From contig CAWFMQ010000016.1 in the NCBI GenBank assembly GCA_963816905.1, positions 23,817-87,816 of the forward strand: 64,000 nucleotides of DNA, given 5' to 3'. Below the pieces are notes generated by a model. It was given only the letters and a program-made list of their open reading frames with translations. It made no database searches and was not told the origin of the DNA. This DNA comes from an uncultured Chloroflexia bacterium (lineage in GTDB: Bacteria; Chloroflexota; Limnocylindria; Limnocylindrales; CSP1-4). This document shows positions 27,963 through 38,476 of this stretch, one piece after another. Each line of letters starts with the position of its first letter. The stretch's first letter is position 1. The translations under genes and the position numbers were made by a program.

Positions 27963-30596
27963 ATGTTCGAACGCCTCGGACGACTGGTGATCCGCGCCCG
28001 CTTTGCCGTCATCGCCACCTGGGCGATCCTGGCAATCGGTGCGTTTGCACTGGCACCCTCGCTGTCCTCCGTCGGATCAGCCGAGGAGACCAGCTTCCTG
28101 CCGCGCGATGCCCAGGCGATGGTCGCGCGCAACCTGGTCGCAAAGGCGTTTCCGGCGGACGCCGGCGTCAGCAGCGCGACGATCGTGTTGAGCCGGCCAT
28201 CCGGGCTGACGACCGCCGACCATGCGTTCGTCGAAGGGTTCGGCAACTGGCTCACGTCCCCGGATGCGCCCGCGACGGTCACCAGGGCGGTGGCACACGT
28301 GCAGGACGCGGAACTGCAACCCGACCTGGCATCCATGTACCAGAGCGCAGACGGCACGACCGAGATGATCGTCGTGCAGATGAAGGTGGCCTCGTTCCAG
28401 CGCGAGGCGAACGAGGCGGTGGACGCGATGCGAGCGCAACTCGCGAGCACGCGACCGAGCGAACTTGCCACCTCGGTGAGCGGCAGCGCCGGCATCGGAC
28501 GTGACTACCTGGCCGCGATCAGCGAAGGCACGGACCGCACGACGATCGTGACGATCTTCCTGGTCGTGCTCATTCTCCTGCTGATCTATCGGGCACCGCT
28601 CGCGGCGCTGGTGCCTCTGTTGACGATCGGGGCGGCCTTCGCGGTCGCGCGGGGTGCCCTTGGGTTTCTTGCGCAGGCCGGCTGGCAGATCCCGTCGCTC
28701 CTCGACTCGTTCATCGTCGTTCTCGTCTTCGGGGTGGGGACCGACTACACGATCTTCCTGATCTCCCGCTATCGAGAGGAGTTGGGCAGGCAGCCGAGCA
28801 TGGGTGCGGCGGCGCTGGCCACGGTCCGCCGGATCGGCGCGGTGATCACGGCGAGTGCAGCGACCGTGATCGTCGGCCTCGCATCCATGGCGGTCGCACG
28901 CTTCGGCCTCATCACGACGATCGGACCGGCACTGGCGCTGGCGATCGCAATCACCCTCCTTGCAGGGCTGACGTTGGCCCCGGCGCTCGCACGAGTCTGC
29001 GGCAGGTGGTTGTACTGGCCGCTGCACGACGCCACGGTGAACGGCGACGTCGTTGCACGGCCCGGCTTCTGGGACCGCCTGGCGCGGACGATCACTCGCC
29101 GACCCGGACGCGTCGCCCTGGTCGTGACCGCCGTGCTCTGTGTGCCGCTGCTCGCGCTGCCGAGCCTGCAGCTGAACTTCGACGTGCTGCAGGAACTGCC
29201 CGCCAACCGTGACGCCCGTGTCGGCTACGACCAGGTGGCCGCGCATTTCGATCGCGGGCAGCTCCTCCCTGTGTCGGTGCTCCTCCAGTCAACGTCCGGG
29301 TCGGACCTGTCGACGCCGGCAGGCCTCGCAATGCTCGCGCGCGTCACTGAGCAGCTCGCGTCGACCGCCGGCGTGCAGACGGTCCGCAGCCTCGTCAGCC
29401 CGACCGGGGACGGGACCATCCCCGACGGCTTCCGGCCATCGGTTCAGCTCGACGGGATGGCGTCGAAGCTGGCGCTGGGCGGGAATGCGCAGTCCGCGGT
29501 GGCAACATTGGGCCGCCCCGAGACCCTGGCGTCGGTCGACCAGGCGGTGGCCTATGTCGCGGCGATCGGGAAGGCCTTCCCGGACGTGGCATCGGCCTCC
29601 GAGTTCACGGGCGTTTCGGGTAACCTGGCAAAGCTGCGGGAGGGAGTTGCCTCCTACCAGGCCGCGGCGCCCGGCTCCTCGGCCGCGCAGGCCGCCCTGG
29701 CGAGCCTGATGCAGGTTGCGCCGGGGCTCTCGTCAGAGGTGGCGGCACTCGCGACGCTCATGGGATCGCGGCCGGACGATTACCTGGTGCCCGCCGGGGG
29801 CACTGCGTCCGCGCAGGTCGATCGGATGCTCCAGACCTACCTGTCGCAGGGGCGCGACGTCGCGCGACTGTACGTCGTCACGGCAGACGACCCATACTCC
29901 CCGGCCGCCTTTGACACGGTGCATCGCGTCCGGGAGATGCTCGCCGGCGGGCTCGCACCGGGCGAAGCGCTGGCTGGCGGGCTGGCCGTCACATCGGCGG
30001 TCGGCGGCGCGACCGCGGAGTCGGCTGACGTCCAGAGCACGATCACCGACGATTTCAAGCGCGTCGGGCTGATTACGATCATCGGCATCCTGCTGGTGCT
30101 GATCCTGCTGCTCCGGAGCCTGGTGGCGCCGGTCTTCCTCGTGCTGACCGTGCTCCTCTCCTACGGCACGAGCCTGGGCCTCGCCACGATCCTCTTCCAG
30201 GGCATCCTCGGTCAGCCCGGCATCAACTACTTCATCCCGATCATCGTGTTCGTGCTGCTGGTGGCGCTCGGATCCGACTACAACATCTTCCTGATGAGTC
30301 GGGTCCGCGAGGAAAGCGCGACCCGCGAACTTCGCGCCGGCATCACCCTGGCATCGGCGCGCACAGGGACGGTGATCACGTCCGCAGGGATCATCCTGGC
30401 CGGCACGTTTGCGGCGCTCATGGCGTCGCCGTTGCAGATCCTGTTCCAGACAGGTGCGGCGGTCGCGATGGGTGTCCTGATCGACACGTTCCTCGTCCGG
30501 AGCCTGCTCATCCCGGCCCTGACGGCCCTGTTCGGAGAGTTCAGCTGGTGGCCGTCGACCCGGAAGCAGCAGCCGAGCCCGGCGACGAGCGCGTGA
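27963..30596 (+). CDS. MMPL/RND family transporter
   Basis: Two TM halves with FGVGTDYTIFLISRYREE and ALGSDYNIFLMSRVREE. Confidence 0.93.
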   Translation: MFERLGRLVIRARFAVIATWAILAIGAFALAPSLSSVGSAEETSFLPRDAQAMVARNLVAKAFPADAGVSSATIVLSRPSGLTTADHAFVEGFGNWLTSPDAPATVTRAVAHVQDAELQPDLASMYQSADGTTEMIVVQMKVASFQREANEAVDAMRAQLASTRPSELATSVSGSAGIGRDYLAAISEGTDRTTIVTIFLVVLILLLIYRAPLAALVPLLTIGAAFAVARGALGFLAQAGWQIPSLLDSFIVVLVFGVGTDYTIFLISRYREELGRQPSMGAAALATVRRIGAVITASAATVIVGLASMAVARFGLITTIGPALALAIAITLLAGLTLAPALARVCGRWLYWPLHDATVNGDVVARPGFWDRLARTITRRPGRVALVVTAVLCVPLLALPSLQLNFDVLQELPANRDARVGYDQVAAHFDRGQLLPVSVLLQSTSGSDLSTPAGLAMLARVTEQLASTAGVQTVRSLVSPTGDGTIPDGFRPSVQLDGMASKLALGGNAQSAVATLGRPETLASVDQAVAYVAAIGKAFPDVASASEFTGVSGNLAKLREGVASYQAAAPGSSAAQAALASLMQVAPGLSSEVAALATLMGSRPDDYLVPAGGTASAQVDRMLQTYLSQGRDVARLYVVTADDPYSPAAFDTVHRVREMLAGGLAPGEALAGGLAVTSAVGGATAESADVQSTITDDFKRVGLITIIGILLVLILLLRSLVAPVFLVLTVLLSYGTSLGLATILFQGILGQPGINYFIPIIVFVLLVALGSDYNIFLMSRVREESATRELRAGITLASARTGTVITSAGIILAGTFAALMASPLQILFQTGAAVAMGVLIDTFLVRSLLIPALTALFGEFSWWPSTRKQQPSPATSA

Positions 30597-31001
30597 CCTC
30601 GCGCGGCCGACGCCGGGCCTGCACGCGGCCGCACCGTGCAGCTTGCAGCGGCAGCCCAACAGACAGCATGCTGGTGCGTGACTGAACGCCCGGTGACCAA
30701 GCGGACTGTCGAGGAGGGCCATTGCCGCGTTGGGTGGTGCCCGGGCCCGGCCGGAACGTCACCCGGCGACGTCGGGCGACGTCGAGCGGTCGAACGGAGC
30801 AGCCTCTGTGCCAGCCTGACGTCCGACCGCGCGAAACGGCCAGGTCGATAGCCTCGGCTGCAGTCTGGTGGCCGAGGTGGCTCGCCCGGGTCCGGCTCGC
30901 GGTGCGTTTGAACGCCGCATGAGCAGCAGGGCTCGGGCTCCCGTGAGGCCGCAGCGGCCCGTTCCCGGCGGCAGAACCCGGCTGGTTCCGAACCGCCGCC
31001 G

Positions 31002-31763
31002 CTACAGCTCCTGGCGACGCAGCGAAACCCAGGCCAGCGCGAGCGACCCGCAGACAAGCGCTGAGTTCACCGCGACCGACCCGACGAGGTGCTCCGCCGG
31101 CTCGCCCACAGCCAGCTCCTCGGCGATCGTGGTGAGGCCGGCCGGCGTGAACGCGCCGACGGTGGGCAGGATCGCAAGGGCCCCGAGGATCGCCAGGAAG
31201 ATGATCCCGAGCGCAGCGGCCGGCAGGATCGACTTGGCGAGCGTGGACCCGAGGAACGTGAGACCCGCGTACACCATCAGCGACAGCCACAGGAGCACGC
31301 ACATCGCGACAAAACCACCGATTGCCGGCGTCTCGAACAGCATTGCCGTGTACACGAATGCGGCCGCGCAACCGGCGGCCGTCGCGATCCCGAGCGTGGC
31401 GCCAATTGCGACAAGCTTCGCGGTCAGGAACGCCCCTCGCCCGACGGGTTTGCTCAGTACCATGGCGGCCGTTCCACGTTCCTTCTCCGCTGCCACGGAC
31501 CCCATCGCGATCAAGATCGCTGCAAGCGCGCCGAACTGCGAGAGGTTCTTGACCAGCTGACCGATGGCGTCTGCGATCGTGGGTGTCGGAATCGTGATCG
31601 TCATCCCTGCCGGCGCGAGCGACGCAAGCATCTCGGGCGTGTACTTGGCAAGCACGGGCGACAGCAGGCCCATCACGACGAACAGGCCGCCGACGGCGAG
31701 CATGCGCATGGTCCGGACCTGTTCGAGGAGCTCCTTGTGAAGGACGACGCGCAGCCCGGTCAT
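31002..31763 (-). CDS. ABC-2 type transporter permease
   Basis: KELLEQVRT and [24 protein letters not shown], about 6 TM. Confidence 0.9.
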   Translation of the reverse strand: MTGLRVVLHKELLEQVRTMRMLAVGGLFVVMGLLSPVLAKYTPEMLASLAPAGMTITIPTPTIADAIGQLVKNLSQFGALAAILIAMGSVAAEKERGTAAMVLSKPVGRGAFLTAKLVAIGATLGIATAAGCAAAFVYTAMLFETPAIGGFVAMCVLLWLSLMVYAGLTFLGSTLAKSILPAAALGIIFLAILGALAILPTVGAFTPAGLTTIAEELAVGEPAEHLVGSVAVNSALVCGSLALAWVSLRRQEL

Positions 31764-33232
31764 CTCGCCGACTCCGGCGCGTGCGACGCGGCAAAGACTC
31801 TGGCCTGCGCCGGGCTGCCCGGCGCGAGGCCGCTCCCCGGTTGGGCGCCGCTCCCCGGTTGGGCGCCGCTCCCCGGTGCGAGGCCGCTCCCCGGTTGGGC
31901 GCCGCTCCCCGGTTGGGCGCCGCTCCCCGGCGCGAGGCCGCTCCCCGGTTGGGCGCCGCTCCCCGGTTGGGCGCCGCTCCCCGGTTGGGCGCCGCTCCCC
32001 GGCGCGAGGCCGCTCCCCGGTTGGGCGCCGCTCCCCGGTTGGGCGCCGCTCCCCGGCCCGAGGCGCCGCTCCCCGGCGCGGGCGCCGCTCCCCGGTTGGG
32101 CGCCGCTCCCCGGCGCGAGGCCGCTCCCCGGTTGGGCGCCGCTCCCCGGTTGGGCGCCGCTCCCCGGTTGGGCGCCGCTCCCCGGTTGGGCGCCGCTCCC
32201 CGGTTGGGCGCCGCTCCCCGGTTGGGCGCCGCTCCCCGGTCCGTCGCCGGCTTTCGGCCCATGGTCCTCGGCGACCACCCGCAGGAAGACGTCCTCCAGC
32301 GTCGGCCGCACGCGTTCGTAACCCTCGAAGACCACCCCCGACGCCGCCATCAGCGGCAGGATCATCGGCGCCGCCTGCCCCGCGTCGCCGACAACCACGC
32401 TGATCGACTCCTCCTCTCGTCGCACCGCCGTCGTCCAGGGCTGGGCGCGCAGCGACTCCAGCAGTCGCGTCACCATCTCGTCCTGGCCCGGCTCCGGCAC
32501 CAGCCGGTAGACCGGCGGCGCATACGCGTCGAGCAACTCGCCGATCGGACCCTCCGTGACCAGGCGCCCGCGATCCAGGATGCCCACGCGGTCGCAGATG
32601 CGCTCCACGTCGTTGAGGATGTGGGTCGACATGAAGACCGTCGCCGTGCCGCGCAATCGCCCGATGATCTCGAGCACGTCCCTCCGGCCTTCGGGATCGA
32701 GGGCACTGACCGGTTCGTCGAGGAAGAGCGCGCGCGGCCGACCGAGGATCGCCTGGCCGATTCCCAGTCGCTGCCGCATACCCCCCGAGTAGCCGCCGAT
32801 GTGTCGCTTTGCCGCCTCGGCCAACCCCACGATCTCCAGCACCTCGTCGACCCGCACCACGAGGGTTCGCCCGTGCAGCCCGTACAGCCGACCCACGAAC
32901 TCGAGCAGTTCGCGTCCCGACATCCAGCCGTAGTAGCGCGGGCTCTGGTCCAGGTAACCGATGCGGCCGGCCAGCGCCGTGTGCCCCGTGTCGACTCGGA
33001 CGCCCGCAACGACGGCCGTCCCGGATGTCGGCCGGGCGAGGCCGGTGAGCAGGCGCAACGTCGTGGTCTTGCCAGCGCCGTTGGGTCCCAGGAACCCGAA
33101 GATGCAGCCTTCGGGGATGCGAAGGTCGAGCCTGTCGAGCGCCAGTGTCTCGCCGTACCGCTTGGTCAGCCCGCGGCACTCCACGGCGGGCGCGTCGACC
33201 GCCGATCGCGCCGCCACGACCGATGCCACCAC
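31760..33232 (-). CDS. ABC transporter ATP-binding protein with (PGSGAQ)n C-terminal tail
   Basis: [25 protein letters not shown] and TLEDVFL, followed by about 23 hexapeptide repeats. Confidence 0.92.
   Translation of the reverse strand: MVASVVAARSAVDAPAVECRGLTKRYGETLALDRLDLRIPEGCIFGFLGPNGAGKTTTLRLLTGLARPTSGTAVVAGVRVDTGHTALAGRIGYLDQSPRYYGWMSGRELLEFVGRLYGLHGRTLVVRVDEVLEIVGLAEAAKRHIGGYSGGMRQRLGIGQAILGRPRALFLDEPVSALDPEGRRDVLEIIGRLRGTATVFMSTHILNDVERICDRVGILDRGRLVTEGPIGELLDAYAPPVYRLVPEPGQDEMVTRLLESLRAQPWTTAVRREEESISVVVGDAGQAAPMILPLMAASGVVFEGYERVRPTLEDVFLRVVAEDHGPKAGDGPGSGAQPGSGAQPGSGAQPGSGAQPGSGAQPGSGAQPGSGLAPGSGAQPGSGARAGERRLGPGSGAQPGSGAQPGSGLAPGSGAQPGSGAQPGSGAQPGSGLAPGSGAQPGSGAQPGSGLAPGSGAQPGSGAQPGSGLAPGSPAQARVFAASHAPESAR
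31819..32239. repeat. 18-bp coding tandem repeat ([12 protein letters not shown]) x ~23
   Basis: Units ttgggcgccgctccccgg and cgcgaggccgctccccgg. Confidence 0.95.
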
Positions 33233-33233
33233 G

Positions 33234-33434
33234 TCAGGACTCCTTGCGGCCGACCACGAAGTAGACGAGCGGCCCGATCAGCTCACCCAGGATGATGATC
33301 AACGCCCAGAGGACCTTGCTTCCACCGAGGACCTGCCGCTCGGGTCGGATGAGATCCCGCAGTGCCAGGACCATCAACGCGATCTGCACGACCACGAGCG
33401 GGATAACGACGGGTAACAGTTCGGACAGCGACAT
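33234..33434 (-). CDS. PLDc N-terminal domain small membrane protein
   Basis: ALRDLIR..SKVLWALIIILGELIGPLVYFVVGR, the typical first gene of such ABC operons. Confidence 0.88.
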   Translation of the reverse strand: MSLSELLPVVIPLVVVQIALMVLALRDLIRPERQVLGGSKVLWALIIILGELIGPLVYFVVGRKES

Positions 33435-33650
33435 GACGACCCCTCACGTTGCGCACCGCACGTCCGCCAGGGTTCCGGGCGCGGGACACGCGCATCAACG
33501 GTAGCCCGAGTTCGCCGTCAAACCCGAAGTGCCGGAGGACATGTCGTCGCAGGCCAATCGTCGGACGGGGCGCCGCAGAGTCGACCTCCGAGGGCACCCT
33601 CGTCGTGCGATCCCGCCGGCCCAGGTCATGCCCTGCGGGCGACAGCGGTC

Positions 33651-33990
33651 CTCTGGGCGGCCACCGACGCCGACTCGCCACCGCCCCTCTCCGGGTTATG
33701 CGCGTGGCGAATGACCTGGGCCCGAATCCGGTCCGCGCCGTCTCCCTGGGCGGCCACCGACGCGTATTCGCCACCGCCCCTCTCCGGGTTATGCGCGTGG
33801 CGAATGACCTGGGCCCGAATCCGGTCCGCGCCGTCTCTCTGGGCGGTCCAGGGGCTGCCTGGTCCGCCGTTCTTCTCCGGGTCATTCGCGTGGCGCAAAC
33901 TTCGTCACGAATCGACCCCAGTGACCCCCAACTGGGCGGTGGATGCCCACCTTCCCGCCGTACCTCTCCCGGTCATTCGCGTGGCGCAAT
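33651..33990. repeat. Intergenic 93-bp periodic repeat (2 near-exact plus 2 degenerate copies)
   Basis: Core ctcc(g/c)ggt(t/c)at(g/t)cgcgtggcg at 33689, 33782, 33875 and ~33966. Confidence 0.85.
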
Positions 33991-34046
33991 CCTCCACGCG
34001 AATTAGGGCCGAGGACCTGATTCCTCCGTGCAGCGGGCCGACGTCG

Positions 34047-34195
34047 GCGCCTCTCCCCGCCCAATGCCCGACTCGTTCCCGCGCCTCTCCCGGCCCAGGG
34101 CGGCGCCTCTCCCCGCCCGATACCCAATTCGTTCCCGCGCGTCTCCCCGCCCGATACCCGCCTCGGTCCCGCGCCTCTCCGGCCCGAGTCGGCGC
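34047..34195. repeat. Pyrimidine-rich ~34-bp tandem repeat
   Basis: gcgcctctccccgccc(g/a)at(a/g)ccc...cgttccc units at 34047, 34103 and 34137, with shorter copies at 34081 and 34171. Confidence 0.8.
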
Positions 34196-34202
34196 CTTCG
34201 CG

Positions 34203-36271
34203 TCAGCCGCCGCCGCCCACCGGGCCCGTCGGGCGTTCGAACCCCTCCGGCATGTTCGGCGTAAAGCGGAACCCGCCCGCGACCCCCGGCTCCGTCAGCT
34301 CGTGCGGGTCCAGGATCTGGTCCAGGTCCTCCCTGCTGAAGATGCCCTTCTCCAGCACCAGGTCGCGGATCGTCTTCCCGGTCGCGACCGCCTCCTTGGC
34401 GATGGACGCCGCCAGTGCGTACCCGATGTACGGCGCCAGCGGCGTGGCCATGGCGCTTGACGCCTCAAGCAGCCATGCCGCCCGGCCCGCGTCCGCCTCG
34501 ATCCCGAGAACGCACTCGCGTGCGAAGTTCCGGCAGCCGTTGGCCAGGACCACCTCCGCTTCCAGGACCTCGTGCGCGATCATCGGCATCATCACGTTCA
34601 ACTCGAGCTGGCCACGCGACGCGCACCAGGCCACCGCCGTGTCGTTGCCGATCACGTGGTAGCAGATCATCGAGAGGTTCTCGACCATCACCGGGTTCAC
34701 CTTGCCCGGCATGATCGACGAGCCCGGCTGCTTCGCCGGCAGGCGGATCTCCGCAAAGCCTGTCCGCGGGCCGGACGACATGAGCAGCAGGTCCTCCATG
34801 ATCTTGGCGAGGTCGACCGCGAGGCCGCGCAGTGACGCCGACACGTCGAGCATCGGGCGCCATCGATTGGGTCGCCTGCACCAGGTGCTCCGCCGTGCGC
34901 AGGTTGTAGCCCGTCTGCTCGGAAAGGAACTCCACTACCAGGCCGATGTACGCGGGTTCCGCGTTGAGGCCGGTGCCGACCGCCGTCGCGCCGATGTTCT
35001 GCTCGGCCAGGCCCTCCGCGGCCGTCAATATCCTGGCCCGCGCCCGACGCGCAGTCACCGCATACGCCGCGAACTCCTGCCCGAGGCGGATCGGCACCGC
35101 GTCCTGCATGTGCGTCCGGCCGGACTTCAGCACCCCGTCGAACGCCTGCCGCACGATCGGCCAAACGCGGCGGCCAGTTCATCGAGCGACCGGCAGCAGC
35201 TCCCGTGTCCGGTCGAGCGTCGCCACCCGCATCGCGGTGGGGAAGACGTCGTTCGTCGACTGGGCCATGTTCACGTGGTCGTTCGGGCTGACGACCGCGT
35301 AGTCGCCCCGTCGACCGCTGCCGATGCCGAGCTGGCCGAGCAGCTCGATCGCCCGGTTCGCCAGTACCTCGTTGGTGTTCATGTTGTGGCTGACGCCGGC
35401 GCCGGCCTGGAAGGGATCGACGCGGAAGTTGTCCAGGAGGATCGCGCGACGCTGCCGGCCCTCCGGCGTGGCGCTGTCCTCGGTCAGCCCCAGGATCTCG
35501 TCCGCGGCGCGGATGATCGCGCCGGCCAGGAGTTCGGGCAGCCGACCGGTGGCGTGGTTCGCGCGGGCCGCGGCCTTCTTGACCTGGACCGCGGCCAGCA
35601 CGAGGGCGGGATCGGGACGGCGACCGCTGATCGGGAAATTCCTGATGGCGCGCGCGGTCTGGATGCCGTAGTAGGCGGTCGCGGGCACGTCCAGCTCGCC
35701 CAGGGGATCGCGCTCGATTCGAACGGCCGGACCGGCCACCTCGGCGGGTTCGGCAGCCTGCTCGACCTCGGGCGCGGACTCCGGCTGGGCCGGTTGACCG
35801 ACGGATTCGACGGGCTCTTCGAGGATGACGGCTTCGGCCGCAGCCGATGGGCCTGCCGCCTGCTCGAGCGCCGGAGGTGCGGCTTCGGCGACGGGCTCGA
35901 CCGGCGGTTCCGCCGCCGTCCCGGGTGCCGCCGGCTCCTCGATCGGCGCCGGGGTCTCCGGCAGCTGGGGCAGGGAGCACCTCCTGCACGCGGTCGGCCG
36001 CGCGACGGCTGCGCCTGCGTCGCTCCGGTACGCCCGGCGGAGGACCCGGCTCGACGGGCGGGACCGCCTCGGCCGGATTGGCAACGTCCGGCTTCGTTTC
36101 GGACGCGCGACGGTTGCGCCTGCGTCGCTCCGGCTGACCCGGGGGCGGGCCGGGATCGACGATCCCGACCGGCAGCGGCTGCTCGCCGGCCGCGGGCTCC
36201 GCCGGCTCCCTGTCCGTCGACCTGCGGCGCAGCAATTGCGGCTCGGGTTCGTCCGAGGCACGTCTGCTCAC
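34203..36271 (-). CDS. aspA: Aspartate ammonia-lyase (class II fumarase superfamily) with ~180-aa N-terminal extension; frameshifted
   Basis: RIERDPLG, YYGIQTARA, QAGAGVSHNMNTNEV, NMAQSTNDVFPT, KSGRTHMQDAVP and GSSIMPGKVNP, spread over four frame segments. Confidence 0.88.
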
Positions 36272-36400
36272 GGTTTCAAGCCCTCGATCTGGCAGCGACG
36301 TCCAACAGCTGGCAGTCTACGACCCGGCGCGAGCGTCGCATTGGCCCGGCGGCCATCGCCGGGTGCCTCGTGCGCGTGTGCATCGCTACAATCGGGCCGC

Positions 36401-37165
36401 ATGTCGGACCTGATCCGGGTTGTCGAAGCGCCCGCATACCGTACGCCGTCGATCGTCGCCCTCGGCGCCGACGCGCCAACGCTCGGCGAGTTGTTCAGCT
36501 TCATGTCGGAGGCCGAGCTCCGCGTCGAGAGCCTGCTGATGCGCATCCGCGAGTCGACGGTCACAGCAAAGGGCGAGGAGATCGTCACGATCGAGGTCGC
36601 TCTGCGCCATCCCGGCCACGCACGGGTCGTGCGGCGTCACGGCGAGGGTGCGATGAGCCGCGATTACGACGTCTGGCTCACCGACGGGACGCTCGTCAGG
36701 ACGTACGACGCCGGAGGGAACCGCGCGAGCGTCCGCCCGCTCAGGCGCGGCGTCGTCGGCGCCGATCGACCCGACCTTCCCGCCTTCGCCCGCCTGACCA
36801 TGCCTCGGACATCGCTTCCGGCGGCCAGCGTGGCCGAGGTGTTCGTCCACCCGCACGGCTTCGTTCGAAATGTCCTGGTGACCGGAGCGGTGCAACTGGT
36901 CGGCTCGGCAATGCTCGCGGGTGGTCGAGAGGCGTTCATGCTCCGGGCCGAGCATCCCCGTTCTGCGTTCGTGCTGACCGACCGGCCCGACCACTGGTTT
37001 GAGATCGGCGTGGATCGGATGACCGGCTTCCTGCTGCAACTGACGGAGCATGTCGGCGACCAGGTGTCCCGGCATGCAGAGGTCACGTCGTTGGAGCTTG
37101 ATCCGCTGTTGGGCGACGATGCCTTCGAGCTGCACCTGTCGTCGGACGTGCGGGTGATCTACTGA
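36401..37165 (+). CDS. Hypothetical protein, possible LolA/RseB-like beta-fold
   Basis: VWLTDGTLVRTYD and EIGVDRMTGFLLQ..LELDPLLGDDAF resemble LolA-fold proteins. No signal peptide. -10 TACAAT lies 8 nt upstream of the ATG. Confidence 0.6.
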   Translation: MSDLIRVVEAPAYRTPSIVALGADAPTLGELFSFMSEAELRVESLLMRIRESTVTAKGEEIVTIEVALRHPGHARVVRRHGEGAMSRDYDVWLTDGTLVRTYDAGGNRASVRPLRRGVVGADRPDLPAFARLTMPRTSLPAASVAEVFVHPHGFVRNVLVTGAVQLVGSAMLAGGREAFMLRAEHPRSAFVLTDRPDHWFEIGVDRMTGFLLQLTEHVGDQVSRHAEVTSLELDPLLGDDAFELHLSSDVRVIY

Positions 37166-37168
37166 TGG

Positions 37169-37834
37169 TCAGCCGGTCGCGGCGTCGCGGATTCGTTTGG
37201 CCACCGCATCGTGGCCCTTCTGCTCGGCGAGGTCAGCCGGGCTGACGCCGTCATCGTTCGTCGCGGCGGGATCGGCGCCGGCCTTCAGCAGCGCTTCCAC
37301 GAGTTCCAGGTCGCCGTGGTCGGCGGCCGTGTGCAACGGCGTCCAGCCGTGTCGCTGGGGGACGCGGACGTCGGCGCCTCGCTCCACCAGGAGCAATGCC
37401 ACCGATCGCCGGCCGGCGGCGGCGCTGTGGATCGGGGCGACCTTCATCGCATTGCGGGCGACGGCGTCGGGATCCGCACCCGCATCCAGCAGGAGCCGCC
37501 CCCCGTCGGCGCCACCGAAGAACGCAGCAAGGTGGAGCGGTGTGAACCCGTCGCCGTTCCAGGCCCGGGCCAGCGCGGGGTCGGTCGAGAGCAGCGCCGC
37601 CAACCGCTCGGCCTCATCGAATGCGGCCGCCTCGAACACGTCGAGCGGCACCGCCGCCGATCGCAGGACCTCTGAGGTGGCTCGGTCGTTCCGATATCTG
37701 GCCAACAGGCGGATTGAGACGCCCTGCGCATCGCGCGCCCCGGCGAGCGCGGGATCGGCTGCCACGAGCCCGCGGACCGTTTCGGTGTCCCCAGCGTTGA
37801 CGGCGGCCACGATTTGCCCTGTTTCCACGCTCAT
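37169..37834 (-). CDS. Ankyrin repeat protein
   Basis: GFTPLHLAAFFG, APIHSAAAG and GWTPLHTAADHG. Confidence 0.92.
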   Translation of the reverse strand: MSVETGQIVAAVNAGDTETVRGLVAADPALAGARDAQGVSIRLLARYRNDRATSEVLRSAAVPLDVFEAAAFDEAERLAALLSTDPALARAWNGDGFTPLHLAAFFGGADGGRLLLDAGADPDAVARNAMKVAPIHSAAAGRRSVALLLVERGADVRVPQRHGWTPLHTAADHGDLELVEALLKAGADPAATNDDGVSPADLAEQKGHDAVAKRIRDAATG

Positions 37835-37859
37835 CCCGTCGCCTCCGCCGGAACAGTCG

Positions 37860-37876
37860 TTAGCTGATGCAACTAA
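37860..37876. promoter_or_regulatory. Candidate MarR operator in the divergent promoter
   Basis: TTAGCTG-atg-CAACTAA inverted repeat overlapping -10 TAATCT (37874-37879). Confidence 0.6.
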
Positions 37877-37888
37877 TCTACGGGCCAC

Positions 37889-38476
37889 ATGGTCAGGAAG
37901 ACAAGCACGTGGTCGGCCGGAGCTACGGCGACCCGGCGTGCGGACACTCCCGCGGAGGACGAGACTGCCCGCGACAGTTCGACGCCGGTCGCGGCGGTGC
38001 AGTCAACGCCGGTCGCAACCGGGCCATCGACCCCCGTGGGTCCGACCCAGGTCGCCACGCGGCTCAACTCGGCGGCGATCCACCTGCTGCGCCGGCTGCA
38101 GCGCGAGGACTCGAAGCTCGGGCTCAGCGGCGCACGCCTGTCGGCCCTGTCGGTGCTCGTGTTCGGCGGCCCGCGCCCCCTCGGGAAACTCGCCGTGACC
38201 GAGGGCATCTCTGCTCCCTCGATGACGCGCCTGGTGTCCGCGATGGAGGCTGACGGCCTCGTCGACCGCGTGCCCAACTCCGAGGACGGACGGTCGGTGA
38301 TCGTGCGGGCCACGCCGAAGGGCGAAGGCCTGCTCCTCCGCGGGCGAGACCAGCGGGTGGTGACACTCGCCGGGTGGCTCTCCCACCTTTCGCCCGGGGA
38401 ACTCGAGACCCTGGACGGCGCCGTCGGCCTCGTCGAGTCGATCCTGCGTGAGGGGACGTCACCCGGGCCAGGATGA
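37889..38476 (+). CDS. MarR family transcriptional regulator
   Basis: LAVTEGISAPSMTRLVSAMEADGLV..DGRSVIVRATPKG. Confidence 0.9.
   Translation: MVRKTSTWSAGATATRRADTPAEDETARDSSTPVAAVQSTPVATGPSTPVGPTQVATRLNSAAIHLLRRLQREDSKLGLSGARLSALSVLVFGGPRPLGKLAVTEGISAPSMTRLVSAMEADGLVDRVPNSEDGRSVIVRATPKGEGLLLRGRDQRVVTLAGWLSHLSPGELETLDGAVGLVESILREGTSPGPG

Noticed and set aside
30597-31001. 400-bp gap between MMPL and ABC permease as a hidden gene or RNA
   Set aside because: It contains only short unconvincing ORFs and no clear structure beyond chance GC pairing.
33651-33990. Possible CRISPR array
   Set aside because: The intervals are about 70 bp and duplicated rather than unique, the repeats are degenerate, and there are no cas genes in the window.
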